Assembly (NCBI RefSeq): GCF_009914755.1
Contig: NC_060942.1
Length of the DNA: 64,000 nt
From: the human T2T-CHM13v2.0 reference genome, Homo sapiens
Direction: 5' to 3' (one strand)
Positions 1-13,149 of the stretch are shown piece by piece. The position numbers and the translations under genes are program-made. Every line of letters begins with the position of its first letter. Within the stretch, counting starts at the first letter, position 1. The notes below the pieces were generated by a model. The model did no database searches. It was given only the letters and a program-made list of their open reading frames with translations, and had not been told where the DNA came from.

Positions 1-286
1 CCACTCTAGTGGGAGTACAGTGGTATCTCATTGTTGTAATTTCCAATTCTTTAATGACATATGGTGTTTGAACAACTTTGCGTATCTATTTTTGCCACCT
101 ATGGATCTTCTTTGGTGAGCTATTTGTTCAGATCTTTTCCCCATTTTTTAATCCAGTTATTCCTTTTTTACCATTGCTGAGTTTTAAGAGTTCTTTGTAT
201 ATTTCGAATAACAGTCATTATCGGATATGTCTTTTATAAATATTTCTCCGTAGTCTGTGGTTTATCTTCTCATTCTCTTGACGCTG
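1..286 (-). mobile_element. Old L1M fragment (ORF2 3' region), truncated by the window edge
   Basis: Antisense L1 motifs tggtatctcattgttg, ttctttggtgag..tttgttcagatcttttccccatttttta and gagttttaagagttctttgtatatt. Confidence 0.8.
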
Positions 287-1159
287 TTTGATATTTGTAA
301 AATAAAATATCTGGATGATTAGCTAAATTTTTAACTTTTTCAAATATGTGAATGTGTTCATATTATAAGTTCAGATTATATCACAGATAAAGCTAAGTTA
401 ACTTTAGGTTCTTCTTTCTTGCATATTCAAAAATATAATGCATGTGAGAGTTGAGAAGGAAGAAGAGGCATTGGTTTAAGGCTATTTGTGTCAATCTTTC
501 TTTCATCATTGGCTCCCATGGAGCATTTTTAGACCTTTTCCCCTAATCATAACCCCTCGTACCATTTTAATAATAGATATGCTAGGTATATTTATATATT
601 TCATGCATATACATGTTTCAGACATTAAAAGAATAAGATATTTTTTGCCTTCCCCAATAACACATTTTTGCCACCTTGGGGATTTTATTGTTCCTGTTGA
701 AAGTGCATGTTTTAATGTTTTTAGACAAATATGTTTCATCTGTCATACATGGATATGATACATATGTATGATGTTAGATAAAATTCTAAGATCTATACTG
801 ACAAATTTTAAAATATGTTTTACTCAGCAAGTACATTAATCTTAAACTATTATTTTTAAATTTCAGCTACACTGAGAATAAGCAGTCTATTTAATCAGCT
901 CTATTAAGAAAGAAAAAATAAGTTAGCAAGCATATAGTACCAGTATGTGGACCCAAAGTTTTCCCTCTTAATTGATTTTCTATCAAAACCTTAGCTGACT
1001 CAAAATAAAAGAAATAAACCAAACCCCACTTGATTTGCCCATGGTAGGAAATTGGATATATTTCTAACACAAAAGAGTTGGCCCCTGATGCAAGGAAAGA
1101 TGTAAAAACTGGAGAAATGTCAAGAAATGACAGACCCCTGGGCTGTGCTGCCTGTAGAG

Positions 1160-1491
1160 CAGGGGTCCCTGACCCCTGGGCCGTGGTTAGGAACCAGGCA
1201 GTACAGTAAAAGGTGAGTCACAGGCAAGCGAGCAGTACTTTAGCCTGAGCTCCACCTCCTGTCAAATCAGCAGCAGCATTAGGTTCTCATGAGAGTGGGA
1301 ACCCTATTGTGAAATGCACATGTGAGGGATCTAAGTTGCCTGCTCCTTATGAGAATCTAATGCCTGATGATCTGAGGTGGAACAGTTTCATACCAAAACC
1401 ATCTTCCCTACACCCAACCCCATGTCCTGTAGGTGGTAAAATTGTCTTCTAAGAAACCAGTCCCTGGTGCCAAAAACATTGAGGACCACTG
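1160..1491 (+). mobile_element. MER1B (hAT-Charlie MITE), complete
   Basis: Starts caggggtccc and ends ggaccactg. Internal gagaatctaatgcctgatgatctgaggtggaacagtttcat. Perfect 8-bp TSD ctgtagag at 1152-1159 and 1492-1499. Confidence 0.92.
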
Positions 1492-2879
1492 CTGTAGAGT
1501 TTAAGATGCTCCCTCATCTGGCTGAAGACAGCAGCAGAGGGTAGTCCTTGGTTAGCAATTCAGTGTTACACAATCATATTTTGAATTCAAGATTTTTTGA
1601 TATTCTGTCTGCAGACTTTCTGAATCATTTAGTAGCACCCAATTATGCGTAGTGGCACAGAGATAGAAAAGTTTTTATAACTCCTATGTACATTGACCTC
1701 TTCATCACATTTGGAACTAACAGCAAAATTTTCCACAGTATTACAAATTATTAGAGTTTCACTTTCAATTGCCATTTGGTGAAATTCATAGTTGGTCTAG
1801 TTGTTGTTTTTGTTTATTTCTTCTTAATTTCTAGAAATAAAACACTACCTTTTAAGAAGAATTTTGACATGTTTACAGATGAATATTATGAACCTGTCTA
1901 TCCTTATGTCAGATGAATAGGTTATGTCAATTTCTACCTTTGAAGATTCTGTGAGAGATTTTGCAATATCTGTGAGCTTTAATTGACTTACCTGGCATTT
2001 TATAGAAAACTTTCTGGAAATGTATTGCTTTTAAATTTTAATGTAATATCATTTGTATAATTTTGAAGACTTTTTTAAAAATTAAAGCTAAAATTTAATT
2101 AAAAATTCAACCATATGTGGGCTATCATTACAGATAATCCAACTGATATTTAATCAGGATTATGCACAATTATAGTGACACCTGTGAAGGTAATGACAAT
2201 TTTGTTGGAACATACTCCTCTCTCTAGACTAGCAGATTTCTGTGCATATGGATTATAAGATGCAATCAAATATCAGAAACATTAAAATGTTACATATACA
2301 TTTTAGATTTTAAAAACCATGTGATATCTTTGAACATTGAATCAATTCCAATTGTTGTGAGCTGTTTTTTCAGGAATATATCATTGACTTATTCCTAGGC
2401 CTCCACTTCTCACCCTTCTTACCTATTATCTTCTCTTATTACTTTCACCTTTTCTTCTTACTCTGTATTTGGTGGCAATGGTAGTGTGGGAGATGTCCAA
2501 TTGATCCAGTGAGTGTGGTTAGTACCTCCTAATCTTATCGACTTATTAAATAGAGAACAGACATGGGTGGGAAAGATTTTCACAGGATGTATTCAAAATC
2601 AATAATACATTTTACACATTATTTCCTCTCACCTAAAGAGAAAAATAAATAAAAGATAAAAATCATCAGCCCCACAGTGATAGTGGGCTAGTGCCACAAT
2701 GGAAGACAGAGAGGCATACGAGGTTGCAGAGCCAGTCCAAGTTCCCTGATGCCCCATTTTCTAAGAGTTGGGGCAGATTTCATATTTTTTTATTCCATTT
2801 AATCTCCTCTCTTGGCGTATCATTTATACTTCTTTCTTTTCTTCTTTTAGCAGTTGTCATATAATTTTTATAACAGAGT

Positions 2880-3120
2880 AAGTTATATATATATTATATA
2901 TAATGCATATATATAGCATATTATATATAGTATGTAGACATATTATATACCTTTATGATACAGCATATTATATATGATAAGCTATATATTATATATAATA
3001 GTGTGTATATTATATACACAAACATGCATATGTATAGTATATAGTAAAGTATATATACATATATAGTATATAGTATATATACACACACACATATAGTAAA
3101 TGTATGTATATCATTAAATA
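2880..3120. repeat. Degenerate (TA)n/(TAC)-rich low-complexity tract
   Basis: Long interrupted tatata/catata runs. Confidence 0.85.
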
Positions 3121-5650
3121 ATTTAAGTCTATCTTCAAAGAACATGCTACAATTTCATGTATAGTAGTTACCTTAAAACAGAGTATTTCCAATTCTTCCC
3201 TCCTGTCTCTTGTGACATTGCTATTGTTCACTTACCCATATGCTATAATCAGCCAATACACTGTTACTGTTATCGCTTTTTAAAAACTGTTATTTTTTAG
3301 ATCAGTTAGAAATAATAAAAATAAAATATTTTACTTACCTTCACTTATTCCTTCTTTGATCTTCTTCTCCTTTTTTTATAGAGCCAAGTTTCCAACCTCT
3401 ATCATTTATCTCCTGTCTGAAGAAAGTCTTTCATTTCTTTCAGGCAAGAAAAAAATGAATGAATTCGTAATGAATTTGTTTGCTAGAGACACTTTTTATT
3501 TCTCCTCTATTTCATTGGACTTATAATTCTAGATTGGCAGTGTGGGTTTCAGGTTTTACTTTTTTTCTTTCAACACTTTGAAGATTTCATTCCAGTCGCT
3601 TCTTGCTTGCGTGGTTTCAATAATATGGCTGCCATTATTATTCTTATCCTCTATAGATGAGGTAGTTTTTCTCCTCTGGCTTTCTTCAAGAGTTTCTCCT
3701 TATATTTGGTTCTCCACTGTTTGAACATGATATGTCTAGTTGTGGGGTTTGGGGTTTATTTTGTTTAGTTTTGTGGGGTTTTTTTGGGTATTTATCTTGC
3801 TTATTTTTTTCAGAGCTTCCAGATTTGTGCAGTGTGTGTCATTAATTTTGTAAAGTTCTTAGTCATTATTAACTTAAATATTTCTTCTGCCCATATTTTC
3901 TTTATTTTCCTTCTGGTATTCCAGTTATACATAAGTTACAACATTTTTTGTTTTCCCACCATTCCTAAATGTTATCTCCTGGATCTCTCTCTCTCTCTCT
4001 CTCTGCATTTCAGTTTAAGAAGTTCCTATTGACCTATTTTCAAGATTGCTCTTCTTTCCTGAATCAACTGCTGAGCCCTTTAAAGGCATTCTTCATTTCT
4101 GTTCCAGTGTTTTGATATCTAACATTTCCTTTTTTTCCCCCAAGATGGAGTCTCACTCTGTCGCCCAAGTTGGAGTGCAATGGCGCGATCTCGGCTCACT
4201 ATAACCTCTACCTCCTGGGTTCAAGCGATTCTCCTGCTTCAGCCTCCTGAGTAGCTAGGATTACAGGCACCCACCATAACACCCGGCTAATTTTTTGTAT
4301 TTCTAGTAGAGGCGGGGTTTCACCATGTTGGTCAGACTGATCTTGAACTTCTGGCCTCCAGTGATCTGCCCGCCTCAGCCTCCCAAAGTGCTGGGGTTAC
4401 AGGCGTGAGCCACCGCACCCGGCCTAACATTTCCTTTTGATTCTTTCTTACAGTTTCCATCTCTTTGTAAACATTACCTATTTGGTGTAATGTCTGTTTT
4501 ATCCCCTAGTGTCCTTAATATGTTAATCATAGTTATTTTAAATTCTAATAATTCCAACATTTATGTTTTAGCTAAGTCTGTTTCTGATGATTTTTTTTTC
4601 ATCTCTTCAGACTGTATTTTGTAATCTTTAGTTGAAAGCTGGACATGTATCTTTAATATGTACTGAGGTTAAACAGACCTTTTGTGTGAGAATGGAGTTT
4701 TGTTAATCTGGCCAGGAATTGGGCTGTGTGTGATGTTTGTTATGGCTACAGGCACCAAAGGCTTGAAATTCTCCACTGACCTTTCATTTGCCTCGTTGGC
4801 TGTGGGGCTTCCCTTTTTTCTGCTCCTTGCTCCTCTGAGAGAGTCTATGTCTTGCAGCTCTTTCTGCTATAACCCACTGTTGTTATACTGGAGGCGTGTT
4901 CAAGTGGTGGTAGGATGCAAAGGAAGCTTCGTACAATCTATAGTCCCAGGGTTTTAGTGGACCTCTGTCTTGGGGTTTGGCCTTCTCGAGTGTTTCTGCT
5001 CCTTCCTTTAGAATATTGCTCTTCCCAGCTCACCTCCTGCTCCATTCCTTGACTACAGTATTCTAAATCTATTACCTTGATGCCCTGTCCCTTGTTGATT
5101 ATTGTTTTCTTTTTCTTTAGGGGAAATGGGAAGGCTGGAACCATGTCCAGCTGGGATAAGGCTTCAGTCTCATCCTGTGATGAAGAAATTTTCCCTGTAG
5201 AACAGGCCTTTGTTATGGAGAAAAATTAGGTGAGGTTACACAATGCCTACTTTTCCTTTTCTTATGCCAGAGCCATGAGGGGGTTTTTCTTGGATCCTCA
5301 GCCTGAAGAACCTGGTAGGGATCATGGAGGGAACTTGTATGAAAGTACAAGGTCTCTCTGTGATTGTCCTCATTTTCACAGTAGTCCACACTCAGCCTCC
5401 AGCAACTCTCCAGATAACTAGCAAGGCAAGGATGAGTAGCTCCTGCCCAAGGGAAGCAGGTTTCAGCTGTATCTCACTGAATGTCCCTGTCCCTCTAGAT
5501 TTCAAGGTGATAGTTTGGCCCGAAACCTCAGTTCTTTGATGGGTCCAAGAAAAGTCATTGATTATCGGGTTGTTCCATTTTCTCTTGTTGTAAGGACAGG
5601 GGTGATGAACTCCAAGCTCTTTAACATGTTGGAGCTGAAACTGGAAGTGG
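3120..5650 (-). mobile_element. Ancient L1M (L1MD/L1M4-like) 5'UTR-ORF1 portion, interrupted by an Alu
   Basis: T-rich antisense ORF1-type motifs (ttttctttcaacactttgaagatttcattccagtcgcttcttgcttgc; gtttgaacatgatatgtctagttgtg). Ends in ggagctgaaactggaagt, typical of an old L1 5' end. Confidence 0.65.
4130..4424 (-). mobile_element. AluS (Sx/Sz-like)
   Basis: Full antisense dimer. TSD taacatttcctttt at 4120-4133 and 4425-4438. Confidence 0.95.
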
Positions 5651-6489
5651 AACAACTGGTTTCATAATGTTTGGCACATTTTATGACTTTGTTTCACTTT
5701 TCCTAGAATTGCAGGTTTCCCAGCATCAGTTAACTGTCCTAGCATTTCTTTTCAAATGAACTACAATCTGGAAATAGCGATGCTTCACATATCAACTTAG
5801 AAACATATTTTTTTCCAAAAAGTATCAAAGTTGTCAAAAAAAATTAAGCTGTCTCAACCATCCTAAGAACTGACAAGAAAAAGAGAATTTTAATTTTATT
5901 TCTTATGGATCAAATATTCTAGAGTAAATGCTTGAAAGAATGGTGTTCAGTTAAGAAAATCAATTCCATTGTAGCATTGTGAATTCTAGGAGGCATTGTC
6001 ATTCTTTCAACATTCTACAGGAACATGAGGCTTCTACTTGACTGAAATAAGGGTTTGAACTCTGGTTTGGGGTTTTAGTTCTCGTTTCTTTATTTTATCC
6101 ACCTCATCTCCAACTTTTTCATCCTAGTTCATTCTCTTCTGCAGCTTTGTGTTCCATTTTTATATCTTCTTTCAAGTTATGAAAGATACCAGTCCTTTGA
6201 AATGTTCCCTTAAGCCTTGCTTATAGCCTTTTTAGGAGTATGTTCTTATTAAGTTTTCCAGATGCTCTTTCCATTTCCTTTTGTTACACCGTTTTTGTTT
6301 TTCATATTCTCTTCATTGCTTTCTTCATTTTTGCTGCTAGTTTCTTTACTGATCTTCAAAGAAGGCAGGATTTGTTCAGACAGAGAAGCCACTTATCGCC
6401 ACAGAGGATTTTGGATCCTTTTGGCCCTGCCTTCTGTCTGCCTATAGAATGGAAGAACTGTTTCTTCAGATCTCAACTCTGAAAACATG

Positions 6490-6703
6490 TCTGAGGTCAG
6501 ACTGCCTAGATCTGAATGCTAGCTGCGATAGCATGTTCTAGGTAAGCTCCTTACTGTGTTTGTGCCTCACTTTCCTCAATTGTGAAATGAAGATAATCGT
6601 TAACTCTACATCTAAGATTGCTTACAGGATTAAATGGGGTAAGGCATGTTATACATGTAGAATCATGCCTGGCACATAGTAAGTACTCAAAACACGTTAG
6701 CTC
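6490..6703 (+). mobile_element. MIR SINE
   Basis: Core gcctcactttcctcaattgtgaaatg and 3' end tgcctggcacatagtaagtactcaa. Confidence 0.85.
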
Positions 6704-7145
6704 TCCTTATAATCCAGAAACAAGATCCAGGGTTGTTAAAGCAGACACCCTGGGCACTGCAGGTGATAAGTTGTGTTGTTTGTACCTTGGGGACCACGCC
6801 ACACTTGGTATGACTCATTCACCTTGCTATGGATGGAACTAAGGGTCCAGTTCTCTTGTTCTAACAAAGTTTCACCTACTGCTCCTCTGTTGTACTGGGA
6901 CAGCAGAGTTTCCTTCCATACTACCTGGCTGATTTATAGTCTTCAAATAGAGAGTAACTTATAAAATCAATATTTCACATTTCATCTACCAGTGCTCTTC
7001 CTACCTCGGTCTCACATATGAAGATTTTATCACACAGGATATAACTGTCTCCCACTGCCTCTTTTCAACTACGTTTACGATTTTAAGAGTGGACACTTAT
7101 CTTTCTTTTTTAAACGTGTTCTCAGACTCACTAAAATAATGACTG

Positions 7146-7256
7146 GGCTAGGTGCCATGTTGCGTACCTCTAGTCCCAGCTACTTGGGAGGCTGGGGCAT
7201 GGGGATTGCTTGAGCCCAGGAGTTTGAATCCAGTGAGACCTTGTCTCTAAAAAAAT
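7146..7256 (+). mobile_element. Alu monomer (FLAM/FRAM-like)
   Basis: tagtcccagctacttgggaggctg..ggattgcttgagcccaggagtttga..tgagaccttgtctctaaaaa. Confidence 0.8.
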
Positions 7257-7754
7257 ATTTTTTTAAGTTGGATTGTTTTTTTCTCGAGTCAGTTTAACTG
7301 AGCCCTGTCTGTTTCACCGTAAGTACAGATTTTGGCCATATTCTGCAATTAAGCTATATTTGGACACTTGTTGGGGGTACAGCTATGTGTTTTCAATTTA
7401 TTGTTATGGTTATTCATTTGGAGATATTTCAGTGGGAAGCTAGAAGGCCTGCATTGCCATATGTCATTTAAAAGCAGAGTTTGAACTTAAATTTTGAAGG
7501 AACAGGTTAAAGAAAACATAAAAATTTCAAGTATACTCTCCGTACCTGATTTTAATATCTCTCAATAATGCCAGTATTGAAAATACTTTTTCCCCAGAAC
7601 CTTTACACAATCTGCCTTCAAAACAACTTCTAGACCTGAGTCAATACAGCTTTAAGACCATTTCTATACATTTGTCTTAAGAATCATAGTTTTGTGGGGG
7701 TTTTGAGAATTTATTCAGAATTTTTAAGTCTAAGAAGATCTTGTATTTTATTCT

Positions 7755-7855
7755 TATATTATTTCACAGATGAGAAACAGATGAGGCTAAATAACACTAT
7801 AAAAATTACACATAACCAGTTAGGGGGCAAAATTAGAATTAAAACCCAGGTCTTC
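7755..7855 (-). mobile_element. MIR fragment
   Basis: Antisense core atttcacagatgagaaacaga..gaggct and aattaaaacccaggtct. Confidence 0.55.
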
Positions 7856-9384
7856 TTGTATTATTTTTACTAGAGCAACTTGCTGAAATCTAATTTTATG
7901 TACTAAACATAACTTGTTATTTTCTTTTTATCTTAAATCACTCTATGACTTTCATAAAAGGCAAAATTGGCATTTCTTCTATGTGATTTGGATTCTCATT
8001 TCTTCCTGTTCAGTCTTATGTGCTGATTTATGCTGAAAGACCCAATCAGTGCTGAAATGTTACAGTTTACAAAGGACAAGCTAAGCTAACTGTGGAAACC
8101 TTCTTGTTCTGTTGATATCCCATCTGAATCACCCCACAGAAGATTCTAGCTTTCCAGCTATCAAGTGTTGACCTTACGCCCCTTGTCTTCCTCTAACATG
8201 AGGCTCTGAAGGCTAGTACCAGTCTCCACAGGACTGGTAGAGAAGGAAATTTTTGCCCATTACGTTCTATTTCCCTCTGCATTTTCATGTAAATTACCCC
8301 TGCATGCAGAAGTAGTTCCCAAAAGACACTCACCTGTGACTATCCGTATTCTTATAATGGATCCTAAGTTATCATCCACTACTACAATGAGCTTCCAGGA
8401 TGGAGAAAAGAGTACAAATATATAATAACAAGTTAGAAAAAGAATTCTACTGGTCTTGCAGGAGAAAGGTTTAAAGCTCACAAGTGCAAAAGAAAGAATA
8501 TACAAAAGTGAAATACGTCCTCCCACTAGCTAGTTGAAATGCAAGGGCACATGAAACTCAGATCTATAAGAAGGAAAAGCAAAGTGCTTTTTTTCTATTC
8601 TTTTATTGTGACAGCTTCTGCACCATGAATGCTGGTCTATTTAGTACCAGCTGATTCTCTCTCATGCAAACTTCCTCCTCATGTGTAATTTTTGCATAAA
8701 AGGTTTTGCTTTTAAATACCACCTCCTCCAATTTCCTACTAAGAAATGTTTTCATGTGTTTAGAGTAAAGTAATCAAGATGGTTAACTTGCAAATGAATT
8801 AAAACTACAAATGTCAGGAGTTTCTGAGAGCTGACATTAACATAATATTCTTGAGGGATTGTGCTGCTCCAGCTAATTGGACTGTTCTGATAGAAGACAA
8901 AATGGAATAAAAATAATGTGTCTCATGAAGCATGTTAGATTCAACCTTAGAGAGAAGCTATCGGAATGATTTGCTGGGGTCACAGTCACCTGGTAAGTGA
9001 AACTAAATGGATCAACACCATTCATGTATATTGGGTGAGGAACTAGAAAGGAAGGAATAAGCCCTTCATATTCAGAGACCATTCAAATCAGGAAAAATCT
9101 ATGCTGATAAAAATACAGTTCCTTTACTTGGATGTGGTAAATCAAATGAATAATTTGAAATCAAAGACAAGAGATGCCATGTGTCTAACTGCTTACAAAA
9201 CTACCATTCCCAGTAACTGAAGAAGTTTTTCATTTGCACCTTCTCCTTTTGTTCTTTGACAATACCTCTGTCATTTACATATATGGAAACCAAATAGCCC
9301 AGCTTATGCAAAGCTCCATTCACTTACCCAAAATCAGGAGGCCACTTGAGGCTGTTGTCCACATGGAGCTTTTGGTCTAATGAT

Positions 9385-9905
9385 ATGGTTCATCACAAAC
9401 TACCACAAATTTAGCCACTTAAAACAACACCCATTTATTAGCTCTCAATTCTGCAGGCAGAAGTTTGGGTGGGCTTGGTTGGGTTCTATACTCAAGATAT
9501 CACAGCACCAAAATCAAGGTGTTAGATGAGTTCTTTCTTGAAGACTTTAGAATTTAGTTCTTTGCAGTTGTAAGACTAAGGTCTCTGTCTACTTGCAGGC
9601 TGTTGGTTGGGAGTTATTCACAGCTCCTAGGCCCTCTAAGTCTTTGTATGTGGACCCATCTTTCTTCAAGCCAACAACAGTGAGTGAAATCCTTGTCATG
9701 CTTCGAATCCTTCTGATTTCCCTTCTGCCTTCCTCCTTGCCACCAGCCAGAGAAAGCCCTCTGCTTTTAAAGACTCCTGTGATTAATAGGCCTGCTCAGA
9801 AAACTTCTTTATCATAAGGTCTACCATCCCATATAATATAACAGAATCAGAGGAGTGATTGATTATCATATTTACAGGTTCCAGGGATGACTGCATAGAA
9901 TATTC
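9385..9905 (-). mobile_element. MLT1 (MaLR) solo LTR, MLT1D/E-like
   Basis: acaaactaccacaaatttagccacttaaaacaacacccatttattagctc, aaatcaaggtgt, and ctctgcttttaaagactcctgtgatta. Confidence 0.75.
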
Positions 9906-11449
9906 TACATTATACAAGAACATATGTATCCAACATATTGTACAATATTGGAATATCATCACTATTGGATAGCAGGTTACTGCATTCAGTAAGCGTTGGA
10001 CAGAGGTGAAAACCAAGTTAGGGGACGTGAAGAGTCAGAGCCAGAATATTCAGGAACCAAAGCAGGTGGAATCTTGCACCAAGAAACAGAATCCAAAAAA
10101 AGTCACAAGAGATGTTTCTGGTACTTCACGAGTGGGCAAGTTGAAGAGAAACTACCAGAGACATTTTGAGAGGTGTGATCCAGGAAGGAGACCAAAATCC
10201 AAAGCTATGGAATACTGCCATGTCCAGGAAGAGGCCTTTCTTCTCTCTGCCTGGCTCTGTTCTCTCCAGATGTACCCATAGCTTACACTTGATACAACAA
10301 GGAGTATAGAGGTCTGGTTATCCCCTGCTTAGACAAATATTTTTTAAAAATAAATTTATCTTTTATTCTGCAAATCAATTCACCATGAAATGGTTCCTGA
10401 AAATATTTTATCTAAATGTGAAGACAATGTCTTCACTCTAGAGAGGACTGTCATTGGGTGCAGTGTACGTGTAATCATTGCACACACACCATCTAGACCC
10501 TCCTCTCCCTTCTCAGCAAACACCAGACCATTGGTTTAAGAACCCATCCCCTCCTATGTGTACAGCAGCTGCATGGATTGGGAGGGTACGCACGCTATTG
10601 CTTTCTTTGGGTATAAATGGATCCTCCTCCTGGTCACAGTGATAGGACCAGAGACAGAAATTTACGCAGGCCTAGGTTCATTAGTACAATACATTATCCT
10701 AGGTTAGTCAGAGAGAAATATAGGCACTTTGTTCTATGCTTGGAGGCAGAAAAGACAATTCTCTTGCTTTTTACAGATTAGTATGAATACAGTAAGGACA
10801 TTTTACTACCAAGAAAGAAGCTTGGAAAAAATCACATCAAAAGTGAAAATAGTATTTTTTTATTTGCAGAGCAAAACTGCTATAAAATTAAGTTTGAGAA
10901 AGAAATAAGGAAGAAAGAAAAATTTCCATTTCTTAGCTTACTGCAGGAGAAGTAATTTCCATTTCCATTTTCTCGATTTGTCCTCACTACTTTTGATTTG
11001 TTAGCAACAGAAGAAGCTTCCATATTTTTTAACCTTCTCTGTAAGCTTTACGCCACTGCCCAGTATCTATGTAAGTTAGTATTTTGGTGCAGGTATTAAA
11101 TTGCTTGCAACCCATAAGAACACCTACATAATCTTTAAATTGTCCTATCATTGTGAAAGCTTGTTTCTGCTAGGTGCTCAGTTCAGGTATCACATTTGTC
11201 AAATGGTATAATCATCTCTTCGCCTGAAGACAAGAGCCTGGGGAACTTCTCAAATGCCAGCCAGCACTTAGCCAGCAAAACTCCTTGAAGGTAAAGATGG
11301 CCAAAAGGCACACACCATGAAGGACAGGTACGCAATCACTCATTTTTAAAATTAGCTGAAAAACCCAAGTATTTTGGCTCATCAGCACGAAGAGACAGTA
11401 GGATATATAGCCTAAATTGACAATTCCCTCAATATGAAGAAAGCAGGCA

Positions 11450-11595
11450 GTCTCAGATTGAAACGTGTAAGCCAGATAGTCATACTTGTTAAACCTGGGT
11501 AAGTAGTTAATCTCCTCAGGCCTCTGGTTTTCCATCTGTAAAATTTGGATAATAGTAACTAGCAAATAGAGTAGTTTTAAAGATGAAAATAAATA
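11450..11595 (+). mobile_element. MIR fragment
   Basis: cctgggtaagtagttaatctcctcaggcctctggttttccatctgtaaaatttggataatagta. Confidence 0.75.
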
Positions 11596-11629
11596 CTGTC
11601 ATGTGTTTCTAAAATAAAGAAAATGTTTC

Positions 11630-11850
11630 TGAACATAAGGACTATATTTAAGAACATAGTATTGTATACTGGAAATTTGCTGAGAGTAGATTTTAAGTGC
11701 TCTTACCAGACATACACACACATACATAAAAGGTAACTGTGGGATGGTACATATGTTAATCTGGTTGACTGTAGCTATCATTTCACTATGTATTTGTAAA
11801 ACAAAACATCATGTTGTTCACCATAAATATATGCAACTTTTTTAAAAAGT
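11630..11850 (+). mobile_element. L1MA (L1MA8/9-like) 3'UTR end
   Basis: gtattgtatactggaaatttgctgagagtagattttaagtgctcttacca..aacatcatgttgttcaccataaatatatgcaactttt. Confidence 0.8.
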
Positions 11851-12409
11851 TCATTTGAAACTTCAGTACAGGCTTATGCTTAAAACATTTCAGATGAAAC
11901 TAGAAAGTTTATCCTTAGTACAATTGCTCTAGGTTGATTATTCATTCTTTATTCTTAGGATTTTGGGGGGCAGAAAGGATTCATCTTTTGCATCTTTCAG
12001 ATATTTTGTGAAAGGGAAATTCAGAAAGAGATGTTAAATCCCAAATGTTAACCTTAGCTCTGAGCAATGACTTCCTCTATCCGGACCTCAGCTCTCTTGC
12101 TGAGGCCTGGTAGGAACTGAATGGCATCTCTGTTGTGGACAACCTGATCCCCTAGGCCTATGAACGTTTCAGGCCTCTGTTCCTGGTAATCAGGCTCTGT
12201 CTGTGTCTGTTGGAGAACCACTTGGGATGCCCTACAGTTAAACCTAGGATCCTCTCAACACAGGCTGACTCACTAGCTTCTCCTTCTTTCCACAGATTCC
12301 TAGGACTCAGTCAACCATTCTTTCCTCTTTGGTGTTTACAGTACTCATTCTACTCCTTGGGGCTTGTGAAAGACATAATAGTGCTGATAGCGTTCACCAT
12401 AGAGTCCTT

Positions 12410-12715
12410 TCTCTCCTTCATCCCCCAGCCCCTGGGTTAGGTAGGATCATGTAATGAGTTCTGGATAGTGGCCTGGCAGAGGTGATGATGTGTGTCCCCT
12501 CCTGGCCAAAGCATTAAACTCATGGTGCATGATTCCTTCATTCTTGCTCCTCTACTGTGGCTACCAGCTGCATTCTAGATGGTGCAGCCTCCATCAGCCT
12601 GGGTTCCCAAGGGACTATACAGAGCAGAGACCCCAACAAACCCACCATGGACATATAGTGTGAAAAATAGATCTTTGTGTTGTAAACAAGTGGCATATTG
12701 GAATTACTTCAGCTA
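12410..12715 (+). mobile_element. MLT1I/J-like MaLR LTR fragment
   Basis: ggttaggtaggatcatgtaatgagttctgg, agatggtgcagcctccatcagcctgggt and ccatggacatatagtgtga. Confidence 0.65.
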
Positions 12716-13149
12716 TCATGATTAATTCTGGATCTTCACTGAAATTTGAGAAACTATTGCTCAAGACTCCCCCTGCTTCACTGTCCCCAAAAGCAAGTAC
12801 AATGGCCATTTTCATTCTAGGGATTGTAATATGCATCACTGTGTAAGCAATGATTAAATGTTAAGTTGGATATTTTTTAAAGTTGAATAAAGTATAGAGA
12901 CAGAAAAGTATTAGATGAGTATAGGAAACCTAAAATGATAGATATGATTTGTGAGGAGCAGAATAGATGTTTCTTTCTGGTATTCAGTGAAAAGGACCAC
13001 AAAAAAGGGAAGGAAATTGAAAGGAACAGATAAGGGCTGGAGAAGATAACTGAAGTAGAACCAGGTTGTGAGTGGCCTTGAGTGTCAGGAGAATGAGTTG
13101 GCCTTGGTAACAGAAATATGTGCATGGATTATGAAGACCTTTAATATTA

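Noticed and set aside
2921-3231. Tyr/Ile-rich hydrophobic ORFs (also 59898 and 60140)
   Set aside because: They are translations of (TA)n low-complexity sequence.
6362-6541. Plus-strand exon-like segment ending at a donor inside the MIR (similar isolated donors at 8992 and 11326)
   Set aside because: Acceptors are weak, there is no recognisable peptide, and such motifs are expected by chance.
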